DNA of 64,000 nucleotides from Octopus bimaculoides (Eukaryota), in assembly GCF_001194135.2 (NCBI RefSeq), contig NC_069004.1, positions 15,288,178 to 15,352,177 of the forward strand, in the 5' to 3' direction. The stretch's first letter is position 1, and each line of letters begins with the position of its first letter. Positions 53,385 through 64,000 of the stretch are shown here, piece by piece. The notes beneath the pieces are model-generated. The model did not search any database. It was not told the DNA's origin and was given only the letters and a program-made list of their open reading frames with translations. The position numbers and the translations under genes are program-made.

Positions 53385-53480
53385 CTACAGATAAAACAGC
53401 CAAAGTCAAATATTTCATTCCTTTATAGTAATTTTAATTATCAAAATATTAAAACCTATTTTTAATTGCAGAATACTTAC

Positions 53481-53637
53481 CTCAATGATTCTGCTATCAA
53501 TCAATGCATAGGGATGCCACATTCCACGATCATCTCTCCATTGCCAAATAACAGCATCACCACTGACAGACGATCCCTTCTTTAACATAGAATCAATTGA
53601 GAATATGCCATCTGATGGCAGTTTCGGCATTAATTCA
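53481..53637 (-). CDS. TRIP12: TRIP12 WWE exon 1: [20 protein letters not shown]...[22 protein letters not shown]
   Basis: 157 nt, phase 2-0, WWE tryptophans present. Confidence 0.95.
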
Positions 53638-53748
53638 CTAAAAGAGAATCAGAATATTTTAAAATTAGATTCGAGTGGTGGAAGTCACAGAAATTTATTT
53701 TGTATCTCAAAATTTGAAACAATCACAAGAATAAAGAGAGAAACCTAC

Positions 53749-53798
53749 CCAATTAAACAAACAATTTCATACAATTCTTGAGGTGTCCTGGAAATCAG
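53749..53798 (-). CDS. TRIP12: TRIP12 exon: LISRTPQELYEIVCLI(G)
   Basis: 50 nt, phase 0-2, matches LVPRSPQELYELTSLI. Confidence 0.9.
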
Positions 53799-54747
53799 CT
53801 GGAATAAAAAAAAAACTAACTTTAAACACATTAATAAAAACAATGCAAGCATTTGTTTTTCCAGTTTGCTATATTCACCTGCACAGATTCAAGTTAACAT
53901 ACCCTGATATATTAATCATAATGTGAAACTTTTATATTTGAACAACACAGGAAACATTTTCTTTTACAAGAATCAACAATGAAAGCCAGTAAAATATCCT
54001 TTCTCATTTCAAGAGCAGTTATAGTTTTGGTGCTATTTTATTTGTTTCAATCCTGAGGCTGTGGTCATGCCCAATACTTATTCTATTGGTCTCTTTTACT
54101 GAACAGTTGAGTTACAGGTACGTGAATACACCAGAACTGGTTGTCAAGCGATGTTGGGTGGGTGGGGGACAAACACACACATCTAAATATATATATATAT
54201 ATATATATATATAACGGGCTTCTTTCAGTTTCTGTCTACCAAATCCACTCATAAGGTTTGGTCAGCCCAAAGCTATAGTAGAAGACACTTGCCCAAGGTG
54301 TCATGCAGTGGGACTGAACCTGGAAGCATGTTGTTGGGAAGCAAGCTTCTTGCCAAACAGCTGTGCATATAGCATTCCACTAGGCATCCCATCATGCACT
54401 ATTAGACATAGTGTTTCTTTCACAACTTTCTTTGGTCTAAATCTACTGTAGATTTACTTGCCTATGTAGTTATCAGCCAATGTTAATTACTATGAAACTT
54501 GTTAGTCTACTTGCTTTAATGACAAATCATTTGAAAATAAGTATTACTCAAATGTTATGTTCTTAACTCTTCTGACAAACAGAGTTAACCACATGAATAA
54601 AATAAAAGGGAACTGATTTCATACAATCCATGCTGAATGCTTATCAGTTCCATTAAACTGGTTGAGAACATAAATACCAAAAGCTTTATTTTACCAGACA
54701 CTAAATCAATTTACTAGATACCATTGAAGATATGATTTACTTCTTAC

Positions 54748-54812
54748 CTCAATACTTTGAGAAGCTTGGTCTGAGGAACCAACCAGCAAATAACACAATG
54801 TTTCAGCTATTT
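54748..54812 (-). CDS. TRIP12: TRIP12 exon: (K)IAETLCYLLVGSSDQASQSIE
   Basis: 65 nt, phase 1-0. Confidence 0.91.
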
Positions 54813-55371
54813 CTGAAAAGAAAATATTTCACACCAGTTAGCAAGAGCAGAAAACAAACAATTTCATACAATTCAGATAGAACAATAATACATAAATCAA
54901 TAAATATATCCTAACAGCAGAATCGCTTTGACAAGTGATGTGAAACTACACTTATAAATGCAATGGTCCACTACATACAAGTCAATGTTGTATTATATTA
55001 AAGATATCTCAAAGTAAAAAGGGCATCCGTTTCAGCATAATGTAATATTAATGATATCTTATGAGAAAGTAATAGGGCAGCAAAAATATTCTATAGTCAA
55101 CACTGCATATATGAGAAATGATACCAGATATATCATGTAAAAAATATTGTTCAAACACAATTTAATAAAATGCAAATTTCAGCAAATTTTATTTATGCTT
55201 TTTAAATACTTTTTCTCATGGGTCTGCTAAACTTAATGATCGTGAAATAATTTTAGATTCAAATGATCTATGTAATAGCAACTCTTGTTTCTACATATGC
55301 TGAGTTTCACTATAAAGCAGATACATGATCTGTACATGTTCAGTGACTTATAAGCAAAGACAAATTCTTAC

Positions 55372-55483
55372 TCTGTTTTAGTAAGACAACAGCCAAATCA
55401 GGACAGCTCCCACACATAAGCGCCAGCATTCGTATTACCATCACAAATGTTCCTGTGTTTATTATAGGAGGACTCACAACCAG
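55372..55483 (-). CDS. TRIP12: TRIP12 exon: [37 protein letters not shown]
   Basis: 112 nt, phase 0-1. Confidence 0.93.
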
Positions 55484-56330
55484 CTGGAATGAAAATATAC
55501 CATTTAATGCTGATATTGAAAAATGTCATTAAAAGTCATCAACAGTCAAAAGTTCATAAAAAACAAACATTAAATTAAAAGTATTTATTTCCTACGTAGG
55601 GTCAAGCACTTCAGTTCTATAATATGACATTGTGTTTATGTTTATCAAACAAATTTAGTGAAGGAACTGCCAGGACATCAATCAAGCGTTTAAAACCAGA
55701 TTGTGGATTTGGCAAACTGAATCTCATCACATTAAGATGCTTGTTCATTAAAAAACGATTTTCCAAAATATACAACAATTAACAAAGCCAACATCATTTT
55801 AGCTTTAATAAAAATACTTTGCCATTACTCTGCAATAATATAGTGAGATGACAACTTAAATATCTAATTTGAGCAGAAAACACATTTTGTAGAAAACTGT
55901 TTTTGATTCTGAAGGTTCTGTTACATGAGTCCATAATTTGAATGCCTACTTCATTGCTCCACAAATGGAGAGAAATGCTTCGTTAGCTACAAGACAATTG
56001 CATTAAGTGTTTATTCTTAAGTTAAAATAGATGACAGTCATCGTCTGAGAAACAACTATTAAACATACAAAGTACAATTCTCTGATTAATTAAATTTCAA
56101 GAATTTTACAGCAAATTAAAATTGGACCCACTCTAATGACAAGTTCTAAGAGTTCCCCCATCATAACACTAATACACAGAAATAAGGAACATTGACAAGA
56201 ATACTGACCATTAGTGGTATCAATATTTGAATCACTACACTAAAGTATTTTTCCTTTAGATGAATCTGGGTAAAATATGCCTGTTTATGAAAAGCAGAGA
56301 ATGCATTTAATTACATAAAAAGATACTTAC

Positions 56331-56453
56331 TAATTGCTGGATATTTGTGAGAAGACCATGAACAGCAATTTCTTTCAAGATCCTTTGATCATGTTGAAAG
56401 TTGTCAACAAGACGAGAGAAGCACAAGCAGCAGCTTTCCACTGATTTCTTGTC
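56331..56453 (-). CDS. TRIP12: TRIP12 ARM exon: [22 protein letters not shown]...TNIQQL
   Basis: 123 nt, phase 0-0. Confidence 0.94.
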
Positions 56454-57473
56454 CTAAAACAAAATATCGACCATTCTAAGTATTTCAAGTTCGGTATAAT
56501 CAAATTATAATACAAGATATTTGGCAAAAATATCACACCTGGAACTAGCTATAATTATTAGCTATATATTGAAAATTGCATTCAGGATGCATCTATATGT
56601 ATATCATGTGAATTGACCAGGCTATTGGATGTTATACACTTCTGGTTACAATGTGCATTTAATTCTTTCTTGATCCTGCCATTCATTTCCATCTTGCCCC
56701 AAATTGCTTTACTGAACTGTCTGCTCATCATTATGCAGGTCTTCCTAATGGTCTTTCCAATATTTTAAAGAATTTATTAAAAACTGAAACCCACCAGTGA
56801 CTTTTAAGACACCCTGTACATATAATTATATATATATCAGTTGCATTGTGAAAGTGGGGAAAGAATATAATTGTGAATTCAATGACAGAGAATGGTACAG
56901 CTAATTAGATCAACCCAGTAATCAAGTTGTACTTATTTCACCATCCTGGAAGAATAAAAGGCAAAAATCAACTCAGAATGTTTTAACCCTTTTACTGCAG
57001 AAATCAGATACATCCACTCAAGTTTCACTCTTAACTGCAGAACAGAAAGCAGTTTTATGTATCAATCTATCAGTTGCTGAAGAACATCATGTTTGAAACT
57101 ATTTTTGGTTGAGATACAGCAAGTTTACTTACCAATTCTAATTTTTGGTAGATATTTAACATCATTACTGGAGTAACCAAGAAATTTAATTCCACAATTA
57201 AACTCAGAGCATGAAGGTTTACAACTAAATATTGCAAGCTATTTTGTGGCTATCACTCTACCAATTCTGTCAGTTCCCAGCCCTGGAATATATTGATATG
57301 CAATACTAAGACAAAGAGTAAAGTATCTATTCATGACTATCTGGTGAGTAGATCAGCCTGTGTCTCCTTCAAACAATAAAAAAAAATACAACGTAGTATA
57401 GAGATGGGTATGCCTAACCTTCACTAGAGCCCCTCTGTTACCCAGTAAAGGTCATAAAGGTAAAATTTCTTAC

Positions 57474-57635
57474 TTGGTGATTTACTCTGGCACTAAGTAA
57501 TGGCAAAGAGTCTCTTATATAATGAAATTCATCAGCTGTTAAATTCTGCACACAATTCGCTGTAATTGTTAATGCTGATCGTTGAGCAGAGATGGAGAAG
57601 AAATCCAAATACATCAAGCAAGCTGCAATGCCGCC
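57474..57635 (-). CDS. TRIP12: TRIP12 ARM exon: [28 protein letters not shown]...SARVNHQ
   Basis: 162 nt, phase 0-0. Confidence 0.94.
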
Positions 57636-57777
57636 CTACAGAAAGAAGAAAAAAAAAAGGAAAACAAACAAAATTGAAAGAAATATTTTAAATAAAGTTA
57701 AAACAAAGTTGGAACAAAAACTTTTCTTCAAAACATAACATGGAAAATTAAAGAGGTAAATTTCAATAAGATTGAGG

Positions 57778-57808
<31 letters not shown>

Positions 57809-57819
57809 TTTTTTTATAG

Positions 57820-58200
57820 ATTCTGAAGGGACAACCAAGTCCAATTCTTGTTTGGAAGTTCTTTCCACAAGTGGAAAAGATGGTTCCAGAGGGAAGGTCC
57901 CTTCTTGGTTGTTCTTGTCCAACTTCTCTGCATCTCCTCTTTTCTTCTTGTTCAATAATTCTGCTGGTCTCAAAAGTAGTCAGTCCCTTTTTGGTGATGG
58001 ATCTCCAACGTTCTCGATCCTGAGCATTTCTCTCCCACTTTTTGGTGTCAATATTACATTTCTTGAATATGAGTGGCACAATATTTCCACCATTCTTTCT
58101 AGGAAACGGAAATGGGTACTTGACTGGGGTATTATTTATTTTAACTAACCAAGACTAAATAGTGGGGTGCCATAGTGTCAGTAAACTGGATCTAAAACAT
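57820..58200 (-). mobile_element. RTE/BovB-like LINE C-terminal fragment
   Basis: KKCNIDTKKWE..AQDRERWRS..KKGL..FE..R...CGKNFQTRIGL. Confidence 0.75.
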
Positions 58201-58675
58201 TCATTCTAGTATTGAGTAAGAACTCAATAACATTGTCCATGTCTTGGAGAGAAATAGCAATCTTGCTAATTCACATTTCTCTCAAAATATAAGTCATCAA
58301 AAGAAATAATTCATTCTTGATTTAATTCTTATTTGATCACTTTACGATTAATTATAGTAGTAGACATCTTGTAGGGAGAGGTCTCAACCAGTGCAGACAC
58401 AAACTGAACATCTAACTTTACAGCTATGTTGGTCTTTCACAGAGATGTTTATCATAGAAACAAGGCCACAAATTCGAGGGCAGGATGTATAAAACAAGGC
58501 CACAAATTCGGGGGAAGGATGTATAGTCAAATTTACTCCACTCTTTGATTGGTTCTTATTTAATACTATATGGCATTTTGCTTTGATGCTCTACTGATAC
58601 AACTCCAACATTTTACCAATTCCTGTAATCCTTTGACACAGATCTACAAATTTTGTCTGAAGTTCTATCAATCCA

Positions 58676-58888
58676 CCACTTTTTTTTTAAATAAAATAAT
58701 GAACAATAATAAAATTCACTTTTTGTTTTTTAAATAAAATAATGAACAATAATAAAATTCACTTTTTGTTTTTTAAATAAAATAATGAACAATAATAAAA
58801 TTCACTTTTTGTTTTTTAAATAAAATAATGAACAATAATAAAATTCACTTTTTGTTTTTTAAATAAAATAATGAACAATAATAAAATT
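58676..58888. repeat. 43-bp minisatellite, 4 full units plus a partial unit
   Basis: Unit starts at 58689, 58732, 58775, 58818, 58861. Confidence 0.95.
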
Positions 58889-58910
58889 TTAAGAAAAAAC
58901 TGGTTCTTAC

Positions 58911-59009
58911 ATTAGCTGCCTGTAAAATAGATTTACTGTGCCTTTGTGAAAGCATCTCTAAAGCAGTTAGAGCTTGCTCAGCAACATCCATACACTGGAT
59001 CACTTGTAA
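58911..59009 (-). CDS. TRIP12: TRIP12 ARM exon: [33 protein letters not shown]
   Basis: cccag acceptor, gtaaga donor, 99 nt. Confidence 0.92.
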
Positions 59010-60159
59010 CTGGGAGACAAATAAAATGGAAAAATAATTTATCTGAATAATTAAAAGAAGAAAAAAAATGGCTGAAGCTTCATAACTTTTTGATAGTCAT
59101 TATCATTAATGTACAGGAACACAAACCACATATGTCATCACCATTATTCTACATACATTTTCCATGCTGGCACAGGTTGGACCATTTGATAGGAGCTGGC
59201 AAGCTGAAGGGCCGGAGGGTTGCACCAGGCTCCAGTCATCTGTTCTGGCTTTGGTTCTATGGCTGGATGCCCTTCCTAATATCAGCCACTTTTCAGAGTA
59301 TACTGGGAGCTTTTTTTTACATTTAAGTGGTACAGGTGCTTTCTTTATGTGGCGCCGATATAGGTGCTTCTCTACGTGGTACCAGCACGGGTGCTTATTA
59401 CGTTTTCGTGACATACATATTCATTAATCTTTTGTTCAATTCAGGTACAAACTACCTGCAGGTGTAATCTTTTTGACATACTTCCATCAGTTTGTACTTG
59501 ACTTCACTCAAGATTTAGGCCAAACTGAAGCTAAAAAAAGACAACACTACCTCAAAGTGTCTGCTGAATAGTGGGAGTGAAACCAAGACTTCTAAAGAAT
59601 TTAGCCATGCCTGCAGCCTTTATTATACACAGATGTATATCAAACACAAAACAGATGAGTTGATATGAGCAAGAAGTTCATTGACTTCTTGCTCTTAACA
59701 TGTTATGTTGAGGTTGACAAAAGTAATAATATTAGAGTTGATTGCAAAATTATTTATGTGCCATCTTCTCAATTCCTTCTTCAGTTACTCTATATACAGT
59801 CATTTCCTTAGTCGTTTCAAATTAGCTATATAAATAATTATTTCATAAACCAATGTAAACATTTTCATATCTCAATACACTTTAAGAATCATCATTATCA
59901 TCACAAAGTTTTAATTCACACCATGCTATTTTGAGTTTGATAAAAGTAATTAGAGTTGATTGCAAAATTATTTGCATGCCATTTTCTTCATTCCTTCTTA
60001 AATTACTCTATACACCACCATTTCCTTGTTTTGTTTTTCTAATTAGCTATACAAGTAATTATTTGTGTCATAGACTAATATAGACATTTTGACATCTAGA
60101 TAGACTTCATGGATCACCAGGTTTTAATTCACAATTACAAATTCATTGTGTGTACTTAC

Positions 60160-60357
60160 TTTCTCTAAAAACACAGGTACAGCCTCAACAACAACAGCTG
60201 AAGAGCGTGGCAATGCTTCCATCATGTAGGTAAGAGCACGACAAGCATGGTTCATCATATCAAAGTTATGGTCCATTTGCAACAATGTAATCAAAGCCGG
60301 AACAACTTGTTTCACAGGAAAGCCTGCCAAAGTGTCTTCATTGCCCATCACAAGAAG
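60160..60357 (-). CDS. TRIP12: TRIP12 ARM exon: [33 protein letters not shown]...PVFLEK
   Basis: 198 nt, phase 0-0, near-identical to the human motif. Confidence 0.96.
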
Positions 60358-61180
60358 CTAGAAAAGTAAATGCCAACAATTGTTTATCACTTTAACAACA
60401 AACAAATAAATGAACAAACAAAACAAAAAAAAAACTTCAAAGAAATAACACGGGTAAATTCCTATTAGCTCTATATAATTTTGTTAATGCTTGTTCTCCT
60501 ATATTGAAATGGGAGATGATTTTTGTAATTTTACAGCTGGAAACATTATTTCCCCCTATTTCTGGAAATTATAAAATAAATCTATAATCAGACAAACAGG
60601 ACAACCAAAGTATGTACTTTGCTTAAGGAAAAAAAACACTGACTAAGTGTGCATGTGTGCATCACTAATTATATGCAATTTTTGTACACACACAAGATGC
60701 TTTTTCACTCAATACCTTTTGAATTGGTAATACAGCAAGTATACCCAAACACTCTAGCTACTTAGTTTACAAGATCTTTTATATATAACCTAGCAGATCC
60801 TGGCCACACAAGATGGTACACACTTCATTACCTACTAGTCTCTTCTTGTTCATTTCTATAACATCAAATAAGTATTTAAAGCAGCAACTCAACACATGAA
60901 AAATATTTTGTCAGATTCTTGTACATAGCCAAGAGTTACAATTGCACACACATTTAGTGAAAGAAAAGGTACCCAGCTGTAAAATAATGCCTCAATAATA
61001 TTTCATTTAACCAAAGATAGCATAGAAAAAATGAATGTAAAACAAACACAAAGGAAGCGAAAAAAGGAACCCATTAATTAAATAATACATGCTCAGCTAA
61101 TAAATTCTAAATGTTAAATTCCTGTGTGCGTATGTATAAATCTGAAAGTGATCAGAGAGAAATGAAAGTATAAAAATTAC

Positions 61181-61266
61181 CTGACACATTTCTATAACAG
61201 CTGTCAGCTGCTGTCCTTCATCATTGACAGCTTGAAGACCTTGTAATAATTGTTGCACTTTGTTCA
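61181..61266 (-). CDS. TRIP12: TRIP12 exon: NKVQQLLQGLQAVNDEGQQLTAVIEMCQ
   Basis: AG/GT sites, phase 1-0, matches KAQQLLQGLQ..AVIEMCQ. Confidence 0.93.
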
Positions 61267-61954
61267 CTATGAAATAAATAACAATATCAGTTAGTAGTAA
61301 AAACACAGATACATAACAAATAGAATATTTTATAGAATTATATTTCCACATGTGAAGGAATTTCAAGATAACATTTTCTTTTCTACAGAAAAAAATGAAC
61401 TTCATTATTTTATTCTAATGAAATTCGTCAAACAATTTAGGATATCATCATTTTGGTCTATTAATTTTTTTACCAGCTGAAATGATATATCTGAATAATG
61501 TGTCTAGAAAACAAAAATGAGAAAGCAAAATGGCAAAAAACATGCAACAACAGCTAAGCAAGTTACAAGCAGAGTGAAAATGTGTGATAGTGTTATTTCA
61601 CTTCTGTATTTAACCTTTTCCCCATAACTATTTGCAAATGTTGGTGCTTTATTCATGATAAATAGTGAAAATCAAAATACTAACACTCATTATTATACAA
61701 GAAAGCCGGAATACTGTCATTTCTCAAAGAGAGTTTAAAAACAGCCCCCAACATTTAACGAAGAATGTTTTGTTAGCCGTTCATTAAAACAAGCAGAATG
61801 ATAACAAGGGGATACAAGGCGAGTGCTTATTTGAAAATTTAAGCTAATAGCGACTGAGTAATTTAATGCATATGCATCTAAATGAGAATACAAATAATTA
61901 AGCCATGGATGTGTGTGTGAGTCAATATACTCATACACAGAGGTGACAATTATA

Positions 61955-61988
<34 letters not shown>

Positions 61989-62765
61989 ATCATCATCATT
62001 TAACATCTGTTCTCCATGCTGACATGGTTGGACTGCTTGACAGGAGCTGGTCAGCTCAAGGGCTGCCTGAGTTCCATTTGTCTGTTTTTGGCATGGTTTC
62101 TACTGCTGTATGCTCTTCCTAATGCCAACCACTTTGCAGAGTGTACTGGGTGCTTATATGTGGCACTGGTATGGATATACCATCATAATTTAACAGCCAG
62201 CTTCCATACGGACATGAACTTATCTCCCATGCCAACCAAGTAAATCTGTGTGTGTGTGTGTGCGTGCGTGTGTATATATATATATATAAAATAGAACAAG
62301 ATCTTTAAGGCTATACAACAGGAATATACATCACATTTCTATACATGAGTGATGTTCACAACATCTACCTCACAAAGAAACCTATACAAAATACTTTCAC
62401 AATGCTTCAGTCATTTGATCTATAGCTAGTGGGATGTAACCCAGCAGTAGCAAGTTTTATTTGCCTCCACTAGGGTATCATTTTTATTCATTTCTCTTTT
62501 GTGGGCCTTCATTTCGGTGGAAACTAATTTTCTCCATGCAACTTTAGAATCTAGTTAAATAATCCTAAATCATAACATATAAAAAAAATTTTTTCAACTG
62601 CAAACATTGCACCCACAGAGTGGTACACATTAAAGGTAAATATGAAACTAATCATCAGAACACATTGTACATTCTCTTATGTTATAAAAACTTAGCTGAG
62701 TTAACCTGGTCTAGCTAAAAACTTACAAATATATACTGCAGAAACAATACTATAACAGAACTTAC

Positions 62766-62861
62766 TGGTGCCCCCCGCCATTGTTCTGTGCAGTAGTTGA
62801 TGCATGCGTGGACCAAGGGCTCCAAAGAGATGGGATGGTAAGCCACGCGCTTCTAACAATG
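62766..62861 (-). CDS. TRIP12: TRIP12 exon: (A)[31 protein letters not shown]
   Basis: ttgcag acceptor, gtaagt donor, phase 1-1; missed by the ORF track. Confidence 0.92.
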
Positions 62862-64000
62862 CTGCAAATAAAAATAAAGATTCGTAAAAACATGAGAAAT
62901 AAAAACAAAAAAAAGAGCTTTTTTCGTTTTTACAGTTCCAAATGATTTTGGATTAACCCAATACAAAAAAAAAAAATGCATGAAAACATTAGAAATACAT
63001 AATGAATCAGTATGTTGATATGAAGTAGCATTGTAAATATACAGCAAAGAGTTAACACAGCTGTGTTAACTAAAAATGATAAATCCCACAGAGGAAAACA
63101 TGTACAACTCAAATACTGCAAGTGGATATTTCACATATTGATTGAAATGATTGGTTATTGAGAGAATATTGTTGAAAAGCAAATAAATAAAACATACAAA
63201 TAAAACAAAACAAAACAAAAAATAAAGTCACTGAAAAGCTAAAGTACAAAATGCCATTGGAACAAAAGAGATGCTAAACGATCACTATTTGCCACCTTTA
63301 ACACACCACAAAATTAAATAATTGCATAAAAGAAATTGAAGCTAAAATGGAAGAATAACTTCAATACATGTTCATCTTTTAATGTCTGTTTTCCATGTTG
63401 GAATGGGTTGGATGGTTTGACAGGAACTGACAAGCCAGATGACTGTGCTGAGCTCCACCTGTAAAGACCATGCCAAAGTTGACAACTGACACCCTTCTTA
63501 ATGCCAACCACTTTACAGAGTGGCAACTAGCACAAGTGAAGTCACCAACTAACTCACAAGACAAAACCCCTCAAGTGAGTGGGTTGAAGGAAGTGAATGT
63601 ATGATAGAAAGGAACAGATGCTTTACTGAAGAGGAGATACATGGCTTGCCCAGCTGGAGAGAGACAGACAGAGATGGTAAGGGCATACCCTCAAGGTACA
63701 GGGTGAATGTGAGAGAGAATAGGGATAGGGGATAGAAAGGGTGAATGGGTAGGTAAATAGCGAGAGTGTGAGAGGTGGTTAGAGCAGGGGATTCAAATGG
63801 ATGCAGTGGATGGAGCACACAGTAGAGGTAAGGTCAATAGTGAATGTCAGGAGAGGAAGTGGACGAAATAGGAGTGGATGAGGGAAGAGGAGGAGTTGAC
63901 AGAGAGACCAATGTGAAGTGTAAGGCAGATAAATGCTATAATTTACAGCACTTGCATTAGTAGTGTTACAGTTGAAAGAGTGATGAAATTGAAGATGAGT

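Larger units (their letters stand above)
6946..62861 (-). other. TRIP12: TRIP12-like HECT E3 ubiquitin ligase gene (partial; 5' exons beyond window end), 37 homology-supported coding exons plus candidate cassette exons
   Basis: Spliced translation follows human TRIP12 motifs in order ([97 protein letters not shown]). Intron phases are consistent at every visible junction. Confidence 0.97.

Noticed and set aside
6946-62861. Apparent sense-orientation bias of RTE-type copies within the gene (about 12 vs 5)
   Set aside because: Two-sided binomial p is about 0.14 on a rough count.
641-63818. Most short ORFs in the supplied track (e.g. repeated MKPDGxTRLQSDLAEF, MPFLMPT, SLSLSL, HTHT peptides)
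   Set aside because: They are translations of repeats or microsatellites, or wrong-frame and opposite-strand readings of TRIP12 exons.
1-64000. CRISPR-like or prokaryotic system suggested by regularly recurring repeats
   Set aside because: The repeats are dispersed retroposons and MITEs in a spliced eukaryotic gene; no repeat-spacer array, operon or cas-like ORF.

Overview
AT-rich animal genomic DNA, most likely an octopus (inferred from remembered repeat families, not from a search), with three N gaps (5744-5753, 40445-40590, 44888-44897). The window is dominated by one minus-strand multi-exon gene, the TRIP12/Ufd4/ctrip HECT E3 ubiquitin ligase (ARM repeats, WWE, acidic linker, HECT with catalytic Cys at 7048-7050). 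I traced 37 homology-supported coding exons by hand from 62861 to the stop at 6946. All joins keep frame with GT-AG sites, except that the 3' end of one exon is hidden in the 146-N gap. The 5' exons lie beyond 64000. The rest is retroposon and MITE debris: CR1-like, RTE-like and R4/Dong-like LINE fragments, many copies of an RTE 3'-end repeat with (GAT)n tail, three tRNA-type SINE families, TTAA-flanked piggyBac-like MITEs, a hAT MITE and microsatellites. No clearly new biological system is demonstrable. The best leads are (i) a cluster of unannotated exon-like islands (66, 30, 141 and 43 nt) in the TRIP12 linker region at 40.3-44.4 kb, (ii) a near-perfect ~97-bp hairpin and a pair of young inverted repeats bracketing that cluster, and (iii) several other intronic inverted pairs that could form dsRNA for A-to-I editing or back-splicing.
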